A DNA stretch of 63,513 nt, filler included, from Ionaspis alba (Eukaryota): NCBI GenBank assembly GCA_964255285.1. It is 3 parts of 3 records of this genome, joined end to end, with 100 filler letters (N's around TTAATTAATTAA, not from the genome) between each part and the next. Parts side by side here need not be neighbours in the genome. Positions count along the whole stretch, not along the records: positions 21,287 to 42,382 come from CAXUUL010000230.1; positions 42,483 to 63,513 come from CAXUUL010000231.1; 1 more part is not named here. The stretch is one strand, 5' to 3'. Below the pieces are notes generated by a model. The model saw only the letters and a program-made list of their open reading frames with translations. It made no database searches and had not been told where the DNA came from. Every line of letters begins with the position of its first letter. Within the stretch, counting starts at the first letter, position 1. The position numbers and the translations under genes are program-made. This document shows, in pieces, positions 38,507 through 51,282 of the stretch.

Positions 38507-40012
38507 TCATTCCTGTAGAATATTCGCTGTGTTGTCGTCATCAGCCTGATCTTTTTGTCCGCCTGCTCCTTCCTCCGCAATCCAGTCGACCTCTTCCAGC
38601 ACTTCCTCATCCTCCTCAATCTCCTCTTCGTCGATCTCGTCATCATCGCTATCTCCACACCCTGCCCAGCTCCCACTTTCACTCCCATCCCTTACCACAC
38701 TCCTCCGACTACCCTCTTCCTGCAAAGGCCAAATATCCTTCTTAGTCTTCTGGTCAATATGCCCCCAAATCATCATATCGAGGTATTGCTTCTCAAACCC
38801 CAGCTTCCTCCTAGCAGCCTCTCTCATGATTAGCTCATCCGGTCTGATCAACAATTTCCTACCCCTGCCCCATCCCTCAAGTTGGCCTCTGCCCACCAAG
38901 TGCCATGGAACACCCATGATTTCAAGTCCCCGCTCCGGAGGCGCGGGCACATATTTCCATTCCACGAATGCCTGCATCAACTCATACTGCGTTTTCAGCA
39001 CCGTCCGATTCAGCACTCCATGCATGTAAGTCAAGCTCCTTTGCGAAAGCATCAGCTTCCTCAGTCCCGTCTCGCCATTCCCATCAACTGCATCCGTCAA
39101 ACGCATATCCAATTTTATCAGGAAAAGCGTCCCAAGAAAAAGATCCCTGTCGGTCCAAAACTCTCGATTATGGATCAGGCCCACACGCCTTGAGTTGTCC
39201 CCAATGTCCATCATGAACCAAATCTTCTTGATAGCCGCAGTCGTCTTACGGGGAAGGCGATGTCCCTCCCTAGCGAGGTTATTGACAATCTCGTCGACGA
39301 TACGCTCGCGGTTGCGGATCATATTCAGCCAGCGGAAGGACGGGACGCCACGGACCTCATTTTCATGGATAGCGCTGGGCTTGCGCGCGGGATCGTGCTG
39401 GCAGAGGTTGCCGTAGCATTTGAAGCGGAAGATTCGAGAGGATTCGGGGGCGTGGGTCAGGGCGTTGCCGAGGATGAGAGCAGTGAAACGTGCGTTGGCG
39501 AGATGGTGGAAGTCTCTGCTGATGGCGTAAAGAGAAACGAGGGAGGGGACAGTGAGGTGCTTGGCGACTTCGAAGATGAGTTCGGGGTGGCCGAGCAGGG
39601 CTTTGTAGATGCAGAAGGTGGAAGATGAGAAGTCGAGCTCATGGGGGGGTGGTGTATCGACTGAGCGTGTGCGGGTGCGCTGACGTTTGGCAGGCGGAAA
39701 GTCTGCTTTGCTCGATGATGGTGGTGTAGGTGGCAGTTGAGTGTTGGATTGCAATTTGGTCGCTCGACGATGATAAAGGGCGCCTCGCTCTGGTGCGAAG
39801 CTGAAAGTTGGAAGTCTACCAAAGTTTGCTTCTCTGTAGACGTCGGTGGCAACTGTAGAGGACAGATCCGCTGAGGATATAGTAGCCTTAGCGAGTGTAG
39901 GGGCTGCGATGCTTTGGCCCTCCGTTGGATGCTGTTCGCGCTGTTCGAAAGCTGATGTGCGTCTGGGAGAAATATCTCGCTTGTTCATGATAGAGCTCAG
40001 CGGGCAAGCCAT
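38507..40012 (-). CDS. Conserved-looking fungal hypothetical protein with an F-box-like motif
   Basis: 501-aa single-exon ORF; F-box-like segment LLGHPELIFEVAKHLTVPSLVSLYAISRDFH; acidic tail. Confidence 0.7.
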   Translation of the reverse strand: MACPLSSIMNKRDISPRRTSAFEQREQHPTEGQSIAAPTLAKATISSADLSSTVATDVYREANFGRLPTFSFAPERGALYHRRATKLQSNTQLPPTPPSSSKADFPPAKRQRTRTRSVDTPPPHELDFSSSTFCIYKALLGHPELIFEVAKHLTVPSLVSLYAISRDFHHLANARFTALILGNALTHAPESSRIFRFKCYGNLCQHDPARKPSAIHENEVRGVPSFRWLNMIRNRERIVDEIVNNLAREGHRLPRKTTAAIKKIWFMMDIGDNSRRVGLIHNREFWTDRDLFLGTLFLIKLDMRLTDAVDGNGETGLRKLMLSQRSLTYMHGVLNRTVLKTQYELMQAFVEWKYVPAPPERGLEIMGVPWHLVGRGQLEGWGRGRKLLIRPDELIMREAARRKLGFEKQYLDMMIWGHIDQKTKKDIWPLQEEGSRRSVVRDGSESGSWAGCGDSDDDEIDEEEIEEDEEVLEEVDWIAEEGAGGQKDQADDDNTANILQE

Positions 40013-40646
40013 CTTTGCTCAAACGACTGGTAAAGACGTAGGAATTCCACAATAGTGCCGACTGCGCAAGTATTGAAGACACGCAACGGGCAAGATAATT
40101 TGGAGTGTTGTGCTGTTTGGATTGATGATATTGTGGAGCATTTGGGTTGAAGTAATATAGGACTTAGAAAATATAGCTGAAGTTGACATTGAGGGCTAGC
40201 GCGGCCTATTGACAGAAAGGACAATAGGAACATAACTGGTTTTGCTTATTGACAACAAACCCGTAACCTCAAATACTGGCCATTCAACACGCTCAATAAA
40301 TCAAGCTTCCGCATTCTGTAGATCAAAGCCTTGCGTCTTCTTGTTTATGAAACCAATTCAGCTGTTATGCAACAGAAAAGAGACCTTCCTACTGAGATGA
40401 TGAAAGATGAGATAAGTGTAAGGAGGACCAAGGAGACCGCCCTATGCTATCCTAACCCTCAAATGCGCCTGCCCAGATGACCCGTTGAAGGGTGCGATGA
40501 TAATAACACACCAGGTCGCATCAGATGCAAAGATTCCACCAAGATCGAAACCACTCCAGAGTTGATAGATAGTGTAACTCCACGCTATGCAAAATCTGTT
40601 GTTGAAATTGTCACTCGAAGTTTTGGATTCCGTGCACAGGATCTCT

Positions 40647-41770
40647 CTATCGTCTATTGAGCAAACTTAGAAACTCCTCTCTCGTTTTCGCGCTCGACCT
40701 CATGCATCCCAGCATGCAGCTCGTGGTTGTAGTTGCTCCTGTTTTTTGAACACCCCTCATGACCATGCACAAATGGCTGGACTCCATTACAACAGCTACG
40801 CCCAGAGGCTTGAGGACTTCTGCTATCGCGAGAGCGACTTGCTTAGTCAATCTCTCCTGTACTTGCAGTCGGCGAGAGAACATTTCTGCCAGTCGAGCGA
40901 GCTTAGAAAGTCCCAGTACCCGACGGTTTGGTATGTATCCAATGTGCATCTACACGTGGAGTAAGTTTAGCAGGCGAAGAAACAGCACACAACACTAAAT
41001 TTCAGCTCACCTTGCCTGTAAATGGTACCATGTGATGTTCGCACAAGGAGAACACCTCTATATCCTTCACGATTACCAATTCATCGTGATCCTCATGAAA
41101 GACGGCTCCGTTGACCAAGTCTCGAACATTCTCCTCATAGCCTTTTGTGAAGTATAGCATAGCTTTGGCATATCGTTCCGGAGTCCCTCGTAGACCTTCG
41201 CGATCCGGATCTTCGCCAATGCATTCCAGGATCGTCTTCACAGCTCCTTCAAGTTTTGCTAGTCGCTGTTCTGCCTGCTCTGGAGTGGCTTCAAGACGCT
41301 CTCTTGTCCCGAGACCTATACTCAATTCCTTCAGTACTTGTGATCTACCAGTCATGACGGCAAAACTCACTGGGCCAACTAAGTCCATCGAAGTCAATTG
41401 GAGGGTTGAGTGTATAAGGACTTGCAGGGCGACTCGTCGTTGCTTGAAATGCACCTACTCCTATATCGTCTCTAGGGTCTCGAGGCGCTTCACTCAATTG
41501 CGATTGCGGTCGTGGGCGAGCAGGATGTGGTATCGAATCAGTTCGGTCAGCATCGCCATCTGCGTGCTTTCCGCTCGGCGCCCCGAGATCTATAGGCATC
41601 CTTCCCCGATGTGATGACTCTATCGACGCCGCAAGTCTCTCTCGCTCTTTCGTTCCTACGGAAGTATGTAATGGGGAGCTGCCGTTGAGCAATCGTGAGG
41701 GTAGAGCCGGTTTTGGCTTTGGTCCTAAAGGTGGGGAATGCATCACTGGAAGTCTTCTGCTATGATCCAT
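40647..41770 (-). CDS. FOL2: GTP cyclohydrolase I (introns 41370-41316, 41010-40950)
   Basis: [66 protein letters not shown]. Confidence 0.96.
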
Positions 41771-42382
41771 GCTATAAGTTTGCTCTTGACAAGAGAAATA
41801 GTTTACGGTGTGATTTCATCCTTGGAACTAGGTCTAGACATGCATTATGCCTTAGCAAATCAAAGATCCATCGTTGTCGGCGCGTGCAATGTAATAATTT
41901 GTAGAACGAAGAATTGAGAAAGCAAAATGACGATTCTAACAAGCTTTGTTTTAAGGTTATTCCTTGGTGCTGCAGGGACTGCATTATGCCACTTGAACAG
42001 TGCACATTTCACAAGATTCATAACTGACTAATTGGCCCCATCCCTGCGAGCATCGTCCGGACTATCCGCTCACCTCAAAAACTAAACAATTTTAAAGCAA
42101 CCGTGACCAGATGTCAAGCCATATAATTCACCATGATCGGGAATAACAACAACACCGACCGATCGGCTGATAATTCCGACTCCTCCGACTCAGAAACATT
42201 TCCGTTCCCCGATAGCGGTATGAGATTGGTTGATTGCTTCGCTACCTAAGTCTCCATGTTAACTTATGCAATGTTTGTACGACACCGATGACCAATCTAC
42301 ATACACAGAATGCATATCCTACAACACCGCCATACACGTCAATTATTACACAATCTGTTGAGATGGTTTCTATAAGAAGGCG

Positions 42383-42482
42383 NNNNNNNNNNNNNNNNNN
42401 NNNNNNNNNNNNNNNNNNNNNNNNNNTTAATTAATTAANNNNNNNNNNNNNNNNNNNNNNNNNNNNNNNNNNNNNNNNNNNN
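42383..42482. other. Artificial scaffold-joining spacer N44-TTAATTAATTAA-N44
   Basis: Same six-frame-stop linker as at 21187. Confidence 0.95.
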
Positions 42483-42879
42483 ATGTGTGGAGCGATCGAC
42501 CCGTCGTCGGGCCGAGCTGGGCCAGATAGCCCGCCTCGCCAGGAGAGTTGGGAGGAATGGGCGACGAATCAATGCAATAAACACGCCAATCACATGTTTC
42601 AGGTTTCGGGCCTAGATCCGAAAATGCAAGTGGGGTTATCCAATTCGTCCTGCTCAAAGATTGCACAATTTTTCAAGGTCTTGCAATCTCATGTTGAGCA
42701 CGAAGGAGATGAGAGGATCAGAAACATATCTGACAGCCAACGTCAGCAATCACAGCTCTAAAGTCCTGTCGATCATGTCGGATTTTGAGCAGCTTCACAT
42801 CTAATAGATGGTCTTCTGTTGGTCTTGTTCTCGTCCCCTTATTAGTTGGTCGGCATAGACCAGTAAATTGCATATAGTT

Positions 42880-44759
42880 CTAAGCAGGCAAGGCAGCTCC
42901 ATCTCCCCTTGGATCACTACCGGCACTGTAGACATGTCTCCCATCCTCCATATGGCACCTAATGACCTGACCTCGACCAAACATGCCGCGGGATTGGCCG
43001 GTCAAGACCTCCGCATCATGGCCTAGTGCCTTCAGCTCCTTCACCACATCCTCACTAATTCCTTCCTCTATGTACACCGTTCGATCCAGCACTTTCCCTT
43101 GCTCAGGCGTTCCAGCTCCAATACATATTCGTGGTGCATCTAGAGCAGCTTGCGGATTGTATTTGAACGTCAGCATGTTGAGAAGTACTTGGACGTGGCC
43201 TTGGGGTTGCATGAAACCGCCCATAACGCCGTACACTGTATGTAGACTCTGATCGCTCGGGTTGGTAATCATTGCCGGGATGATTGTGTGATAAGGTCGT
43301 TTGTTGGGAGCGAACACGTTTGGATGACCATCCTCGAGCATGAAATTTGCGCCTCTATTCTGAAGTGTGAATCCACAGCCCTTGGGGATGATACATGTTC
43401 CGAATCCTCCATAGTTGCTGTTGATGAATGATATTCCGTTGCCTTCCTTGTCTGTAACGGCAAAGTAGACTGTATCGCAATGGTTGTGTGCAGGTGAGCC
43501 ATGATCAAGGGCATCATTCGCTTTCAGAGGATTGAAAAGCTTGGCTCGTTCAGCCAGGTATTCCCGCGATATCAACTCCTTCGATGGTACTTTCTCGACG
43601 TCTGGATCCGTGACCCACCAATTTGCGTCCGCGAAGGTAATCCGTAGAGATTCGATCAATGCGTGCAGATATTCTGCGCAATTGTGTTCTTTCTCTTCGA
43701 ACTTCCGGATCTTCTTGGTCCGTTCCAACTCCTCCAAGATACCAAGTGCCATGAGAGCGACTATTCCCTGACCGTTCGGCGGATGTTCCCAAACCTCAAC
43801 ACCTTGATCCTCATTGCCATGACCTTGCTCCCCATCGACCTCTTGGCCTTCGACGCGACCAATGTTCTGGCCGTTGAATTTGAGTGATATGGCATCTACC
43901 TCTTGGCTACCAGAGGTACCATGCTGTTTTAGATCCTCCAATTCGAGGTGACTGCCAAGATCCTTCACAACCTTGATCAGTGCCTCAGCGACCGATCCCT
44001 CATAGAAGCCCTTCCTTCCGTCCTTTGCTAATAAGCGGAAGGTGTTGGCAAGAGTGGGATTATAAAATAGTTCTCCGGGAAGTGGCGCTCTCTTGCCATC
44101 TTTGGCCTTTTTATCCGTCTTCAGCATTTCACCGAAATTCGGACATGCTTGTCGAATGAGCTGTTCACTGTTTGACCACTACACAGATGTGAGCTGAGAG
44201 ACCCCGGTCCGGATTGAGGTCTTACGAAGTATGCCGAGAGCTCCGACACAGGGAATCCTTCTTCGCCTAGCTCAATTGCTGGCGTCAAGATGTCTTCCAG
44301 AGACAGCTTTCCACTTCCAAACTTGTCGACAGTGTCGACCCATCCAGCAGCAGCGCCAGGGACAGTCACGGAGTGCACGCTAGTCATCGGAATCTTTCCG
44401 TTTTCTCCAGGCTTGAGTCCAAGATCTTTTCGCAAGCCCTCTAGACTGACATTACCGGGCGACCTCCCAGAACCATTGAGTGCATGGACCTTCTTGGTCT
44501 TTGCATTGTAGAACAGGCAAAACATGTCACCACCAATCCCCGTTGATGAAGGCTCCGTCATGTTGAGCGCTGCCGCAACAGCAACTGCAGCATCTGCTGC
44601 ATTTCCCCCTGCTCTTAATATCCTCTGGCCAGCCTGCGCCGCCAGAGGTTGTGTACATGCAACGATGCCATTGGTGCTGTGTACCACGCTTCGCCGGCTG
44701 GGAAAGGCGACAAAGTCTGGATCAGAAGAAGGGAAAATAGCTCGCGCGTTTAGAGGCAT
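42880..44759 (-). CDS. Gamma-glutamyltransferase-family Ntn hydrolase, cytosolic YwrD/LmbA-like type (intron 44225-44179)
   Basis: [43 protein letters not shown], nucleophile Thr in [41 protein letters not shown]. Confidence 0.92.
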
Positions 44760-45339
44760 GGTTGTGTAGGAACGGGCCACTCTAGGGAAACGAAAACGTA
44801 TGTTGGGCTGGAAGAGGTGTCAATTTCTCGCTGTTGAGCGCTTCCTGTGGGTGTGAAAAAAAAGGGAAGAATGTCTGTTTCTTCGGGAGAACAAGATTAA
44901 GTAAAGGGTTCTTGATCATGACCACAGAATTTTTGAAAAATGAATCAAATAGGAAAGTCATTCCTCATTTGGACTACCGACGCCCGGCATTTAGGGCTTG
45001 TGGCCCGGAGGGGCGGAATGGGACATGCACTAGGTGGGCGTCGGAGCAAGAGTTTGTTACATCATTCCCTAAACCTGAAGGACGTTAGCGGAGTACGCTC
45101 CAAGTTGCGGGGACGTGGGGGCAATTTTAAGCGGCAGGGGTACCGTTGGACGGGCTAGAGCACAGAAATCAGCAGGGGTTTATCCCTGATTGGGAGGCGA
45201 CATTCCCATCCTCCCGTCATCGAATTTGATATGGATTTCCAGAGTTATCAGCATATAATGAACGAAACAAGTCGTGTATCACGCCTTTGTCGAATGTTTG
45301 GTACTATTATGATGTGATTGTCTGGAATCGGCAGAAACT

Positions 45340-47322
45340 ATGGAGGACAACGTACAGCGGCCACTTCCTGAGAAGCCTCGTAAGGCAAGGCGCATCACCC
45401 AGGCGTGCGATTTCTGCCACAAGCGGAGTATAAAATGTAGTCCTAGTCCGGAGGATGCCGCCAAATGCCAGAATTGTATTGACTTCGGCCTCACTTGTTC
45501 ATATGACAGACCCGTCAAGCAACGCGGAGTCAAGCATAAGGCCAAAAATCCTTCGCAATCGCTGGTTGATGCTGGATCGAATGGGTCTGTCGAATCAAGA
45601 AGTCCCCAAGGGACTGACCGCCAGCATTCTCAGGAGTCGGAGTGGCGGCCGAAATGTATTGGAACCCATGGCATGGTTACTGACCTTGTGGACATCTACT
45701 TCGAGATCGTCTATCCGATGTATGTAACGTTGCCCGACTGGTGAATTTTCTTCTTATGATTGACTAGGTTCCCCCTATTTCACCAACCTACTATGCTACG
45801 GAGGCTTGCAAATCGTGAGTACCTCACGAACCGGGCATTGTACTCCTCCACAATGGCAATGTGTGCCCTAGCGTCCGCACGCACTCGGGATGGTGCTCTT
45901 TATTCGAATCGATGGAATCCAAAATACTACGCCGAGCCGGCTTCGGAAGTGTTCGCTGCAGCTGCTGAGGATGCAATCCCTAAAGATTTGACCACTGTGC
46001 ACAATTTAGATTATCTAAGAGCTTGCGCTCTATTGGCAATCATTAGCATACAGTATGGCCAAATCAACGGGATGTTGATGCATTTAGGCGTCTATCATAC
46101 CATGACAACTGTGAACGGACTTTACGACGAGATTCATTGGCCGGCAGGCATTGGGCTTGTGGAGATTGAGGAGAGAAGAAGATTGGTATGTTGAAAGAAC
46201 TCCTCACGTTGATGAAAAGAAGACGGTATATCTCAACTATTATATTATATCGAGAACCTTTCAGCATTCAGGTTCTGACATACCAATCAGTTCTGGTCCA
46301 TCTACACCCTCGAGATCTACAGCTCCGTCGTCTGGGGCTGCATAATGCGCTGTCGAGAAGCCCACGCCAAAGTCCATTATCCGACAGCTGCAGACGACGA
46401 AACCTTCTCCGACGAAGGCTTCAATCTTCCGTGCAGCCCAGCTGCTGCGATAACGAGATCCTGGATGCAAGGATGGAATTTCACGACAGACCTTTACCGG
46501 ATTCTGGAACACATTATCGACCGGTACCGAACTCGCTGTCTGCAAGATCGCCCAATCTATTCAGTGGCAAAATTGTTCCGCGACGAGGCGCCACCAAAGG
46601 AGCCAGTTCTCGAGACCATCAGCGGCATGTTTATACATCTGCCAGGAGAGTTCAAAGAGATGTTACCGGTCAGCTTTGATAGCAAGAAAGACATATATGG
46701 GTTTCAAGCCGCCAACATAACCGCCACGTTTCAATTGGTAAAAATGCTTCTCTTTGCCAGCGAAGCAGAAACCGTGGAACGGAAGTGTCAGGCTGCTGGT
46801 GACCTCCTGGCCGTCTTCACCAACGTTCCAGTCGCATACCTGAGAGCCATCAGTTCACCTCTACTTCACCATCTAGCAGGTATAGGCTCCATCCTAGGCT
46901 CCGTCGTCGAAGGTCCGCTCTCCGAGAATTCCTACGACCGCGTTCGAAAGATCTTGCTAGCCATGGCAGACCTGATAACGAGTCTCGAGGCCGGCTTGCA
47001 AAGCCGGTCAGGCGCCAGTGAGCGCTTACGGTCATTGGTAGCCAAGATCGACGGCTTCATGCAGGAACAGAGGAAAAATGAGGTGGCTCATCGACGACGC
47101 TATGTCGAGGAGACCAGGATGATTCAGAGCAGCGTCTCGCAACCCGCGACGTACTCCCAGAGTGGGAGTGATAGCACGAGTTCTCATGACTTCATGAACG
47201 AGCAGTTGCAGTACCAGATCCCAGTTGAGTTGCTGGAGGAGTGGCCATGGGCTTTCAATTCGACCGGGCCCACGGATTCAATGCCGTTGAGGTTTGATTG
47301 GGAGCTTTCTACATTTGGGTGA
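45340..47322 (+). CDS. Zn(II)2Cys6 transcription factor with fungal middle homology region (introns 45720-45768, 46186-46290)
   Basis: ACDFCHKRSIKC..CQNCIDFGLTCSY; YFEIVYPM/FPLFH; EIEERRRL/FWSIY. Confidence 0.92.
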
Positions 47323-48425
47323 ATGTCACTGTGTGAGTGTGTGGCAAAAACTTGGGTCTGTACACGAATGTGACTTGGCAAAAACTCACGAGGGAGTCAT
47401 TGGAACTTGGATGCATTCTACCATAGAGATCCACTTGGGACCACAAGGCGTGGGGTCAAAGCTGTAGAACTGAAAGGCGTTGACCCATTCATAGAGCATA
47501 CATTACTACATACATCTAGCGTAGCATACTACACGAGATCGTCAACCTAGTTCATTCAGAGACACCGTTTTTAATCGTGATCGCCTAGATTTCCACTCCT
47601 ACCCAAAGAGATAGCCGCCAAATGATTATAGGAAATTTAAATACCGCAGCACACAGAGTGGACGTGCTCGTGGTGTATCAATTGACTTTCCCCAATAACA
47701 GGGGCGCCATAGTCCGTGCTCGCTCCTACTACAAACAAACTCCTCTCCGCACGGATCCTAACCTACCTGCCGTAGGCCTCTCCGTCCCTCAAAAGAACGG
47801 AATCCTGGAAGAGAAGAGTCCTTCAATAGACCCTAAAGATCTGTCTGGCGTCTACAGGTAGCCAAGATTGAGCAGAAACATCATGGTGACAGCAGTGAGA
47901 GTCAAGTTCCCGACCATCTGGGACTGAACCGTGCCCGATCGCATCAAGGATCTGGCAGTTAAGTTGACAACAGAGACCAACGGCTCCACCTAGTAGACAA
48001 ACCTGCTGTCAGGGAAGACTTATCTTGCTCACACAGACGGCAGACCACAACCTTCACGGCTTAAGCCACTCACCCACCGATTACAACACTCACATCACAA
48101 GAACAGGAATAGGGGAGATTCTGGTCATTTCGTAGCAAGCATCAAAACTACCCTACAGCTCGCACCAACCGAAAATCAGACACAGCAAAGCACCTGTAAC
48201 AACCACCTTTCCGACGCCTCCACGAACAAAGAGGAGAAAGGACACGAGCGAGTTTAGAAGAAAGAGTTTTCATCCCCCCTGGCATCAATAGCTCCATTTA
48301 GCCCTCCACCCAACAAAGTCAATTTCAATCTGCCGTCGCCATGTCTCACCAGATTCCTAGCCAGTCCCTACCGAGAACATTCCCCTTGGTCGAAGGTGTA
48401 AGCGAGAGAAGTGGTATACTGATCT

Positions 48426-51282
48426 CTACTGCCGGCCATTGATAGCCTCTTCGTCCTCGAAGTCCAGGATCTCGTACTCCTCGTCAGTCATAAAGCCATC
48501 GTCAGAGGTGGATTCGTCATCAAGCTCAAGACTCTCGACGTCATCGAGAAGCTGTTGCTCGACGGTGCTGACAGACTCGGGGGCAACAGAATGCTGATCC
48601 TGGCTTTGAGCCTCGTGGGTGCTCGAGACAGGGGACTCCTTCTCTAGCTTGGGGAAGATCATCTGGCTGTGCTGGGCATCCTCCTTGGGCTCTTCTTTAA
48701 CGTCCTCAAGCTTTACATCGGCTTCTTCCTTCTTGACCTCCTCCTCAGCGTGTTCAATGTGTTCGGAGCTGGGTAGGTCAGCTTCGCGGTCCGCGTTCTC
48801 GATATGCTCGGCATGGAAGATCTCGGTAGTGCTGGGTTGGGGCTCGACAACATCGATGTCGCACCAAAGCTTGTGGCCGAATGGGGTCCCATCCGCCGCC
48901 TTGAGACGCCAGTAGGAGATAGCCTTGCCAGGACGTTGAGGAGCCTTGATGGTGACGAAGAAGCAGACTTCTTCGCCGACCTCGACTGGGCGCTCCATGA
49001 CATTGCTTTCGGTAGCATTACCGATCTCGCTGACGCTAGATGGGTGAGTAGAGTCGAGGTTCAGCATCATGTTGTCTCCACCAGTATAACGTACGCTGCA
49101 GCCGGCTGGCCAGGCATCTGGACCTGGATTGCGAAGGACCCAGACTTGCTGGATTTGGCAACCCGCCGGAATCTTAGAGCCGTCGGGAATGGTGTCGCGA
49201 ACGAAGTGGGCCTGGAGGGCAGCGACAGGTATGACCTTTTCTTCTTCGATCTCTTTCTTGACAGGTTCTACCGGCTTCACCTCCGCAATGGTCTGAACCT
49301 GGGTTGCGGCGTTGGCAGATTGTGCAGCAGGGGCAGTCTCTGTAGCCTTTGACATGGTCTGGGGAAGCTTGTCGCCCATAGTAAGCACAGTCTCACCATT
49401 TTCTTTCTCTCCAAATGTCGTAACAGACACGTTTCGTACTGGGGTTCTGAACTTGATCAGAGGATGAGTACGGTTATGGCGATTTGTCGGTAGAGCCTCG
49501 CAATTGGCGCAGAAATCAAGGTCGTGGCAGACAGCACACTTGTAACGGTCTCCACGAATATACGACACAACATCGCGACAAAGAGGACCATCGCAATGAA
49601 TACCGGTGTGTAGCTGAGTTGCATGGAATGGGTTGGAGATGGTCTCGTAAATTGGGACAAAGCGGTGACCTGGATGGATGTGGCGGGCACTTTTGACACA
49701 AGTCGAACAGTAATCCCAATCGGGGCAGTTCATGCACTTGTGGCGGACACCATAGATTGTCTGATTTATAGTTAGTATGAGAGAGAAAGAAGCAGTGGAT
49801 CAAGACTTCATACCTTATCACACCCATCGCAAATAGCCATATGACGCATGTTTCGACCTGGGGCACAGAGCTGTGTTGCGAGGGCATCCAAAGTCGCCGC
49901 TTGGGCTACCGGGGTAAAAGCGTGGTTGGGGTGGTGCCCATGCTTCAAGCTGACATGGCAAGGGATACAGAGGTCATAATCCTCACAGACTAGACAAGTC
50001 ACAAAGTTCGACTCCTCAAAAGCTGTGTCTTGTAAGCATCTCCCGCACGATTCTTGTTATGAAGAACCCACCATTCACACAACAGTTGCAAGTGCGCGAC
50101 ATCTGGTGCATTTCTGGAGCTGGGTCTTCCTTCACTTCATCGGTGAAAGCACCTGGGACCTCTTTCTCAGTTTCGACCTTGGGAGCCTTCTTGGGCAAAG
50201 TCTCAGTAGTGCTGCTAATGACTTTGCCATTCTCGACCGATCTCTTGATCAAGAAGTGGCCTTCAATGCCGCAGTGGTGGCCACTGGAGACACAGTCACG
50301 GCAGAGATCGTAGTCTCCATCGTCACAGATGCTGCAATGCCAGTGTGCATCCGGTATGGTTTTGTGGCACTTGTTGCAGCAAACAGTGAAGGCAGCACAG
50401 GGTACCTGGAATTCTTCGGCGGTTACACTATCGTTGTATCGACCGAACTTTGACAGATCAGTATAGATGCGCTGGCATCCCGAGGTAGCACACGGTGCTG
50501 GAGCCTCTCCCTCGGCCACTTGTTGGGCAGATGATGGTGCCTCATCTTCCACGTCTGCTTCAGGAGCCCGAAGGGTAGTCTCCGAATTGTTGGCACCTAG
50601 AGCGTAAGTTGGGAAGTGGTGCCTCAGATATGTAGCGTATGCTTGGCGTTGAGCATCAGCAATATGCGGATTGGCAATAGATCGCAGCGATGAAATAGGC
50701 GCTGGAGCCGGAGGTGCAGTGAAACTTGAAGCGCCATTGGGGGCAGAATCTGCGGACATGAGGATTTCAGCGGTAGGTGGGACGTAGCTCTGCGACGTGA
50801 GGCGGTCTGGAGTCACAGGCTCAGGCTGAGCAGTTTCGACCTGAGGAACAGGTGCATCGAGGATAGTTGCTTTGATGCGAAGCTTGAGCTTAGCTTTGGC
50901 GGCCCTGTAGAGCTGCTTGTACACGGATGGGTTGTTGCTATCGAGTGTAATAAAGCTTCCGGCACTGTCGGAGTAGCGTTCGAAGATGACGGTTTTCGAC
51001 GGGTCGATTGCAAGAAGGAATCGAAGCTATTAGCGGCAGGTATCGTCAGTGATGATCGTTAAAAATCTTGACATCATCAAAGCTTGCAGCTCTCGTTATG
51101 CAATATGTCTTCTAAGGCAGCTTCTGCAAGGCTGACTCGACTGAAGGTCCCGAACTCACCTTGTCAGGAAGCGTGCTTGCTCCGAGTTCCTTCAAAGGTA
51201 GCTTGAATCTGCGGTTCTCATTGCTGACTTGAAGCTTGATGGTAATCAAGACGTCAGGAGATACAGCGATAGGTGCAGCCAT
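48426..51282 (-). CDS. NBR1: NBR1-like selective autophagy receptor: PB1, four ZZ fingers, FW domain, LIR (4 exons)
   Basis: PB1-like ITIKLQVSNENRRFKLPLKEL; four CxxC..CxxC.DYDLC-type ZZ units; FW domain WVLRNPG..WP..SYWRL..GHKLW; acidic LIR DEEYEIL. Confidence 0.87.
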
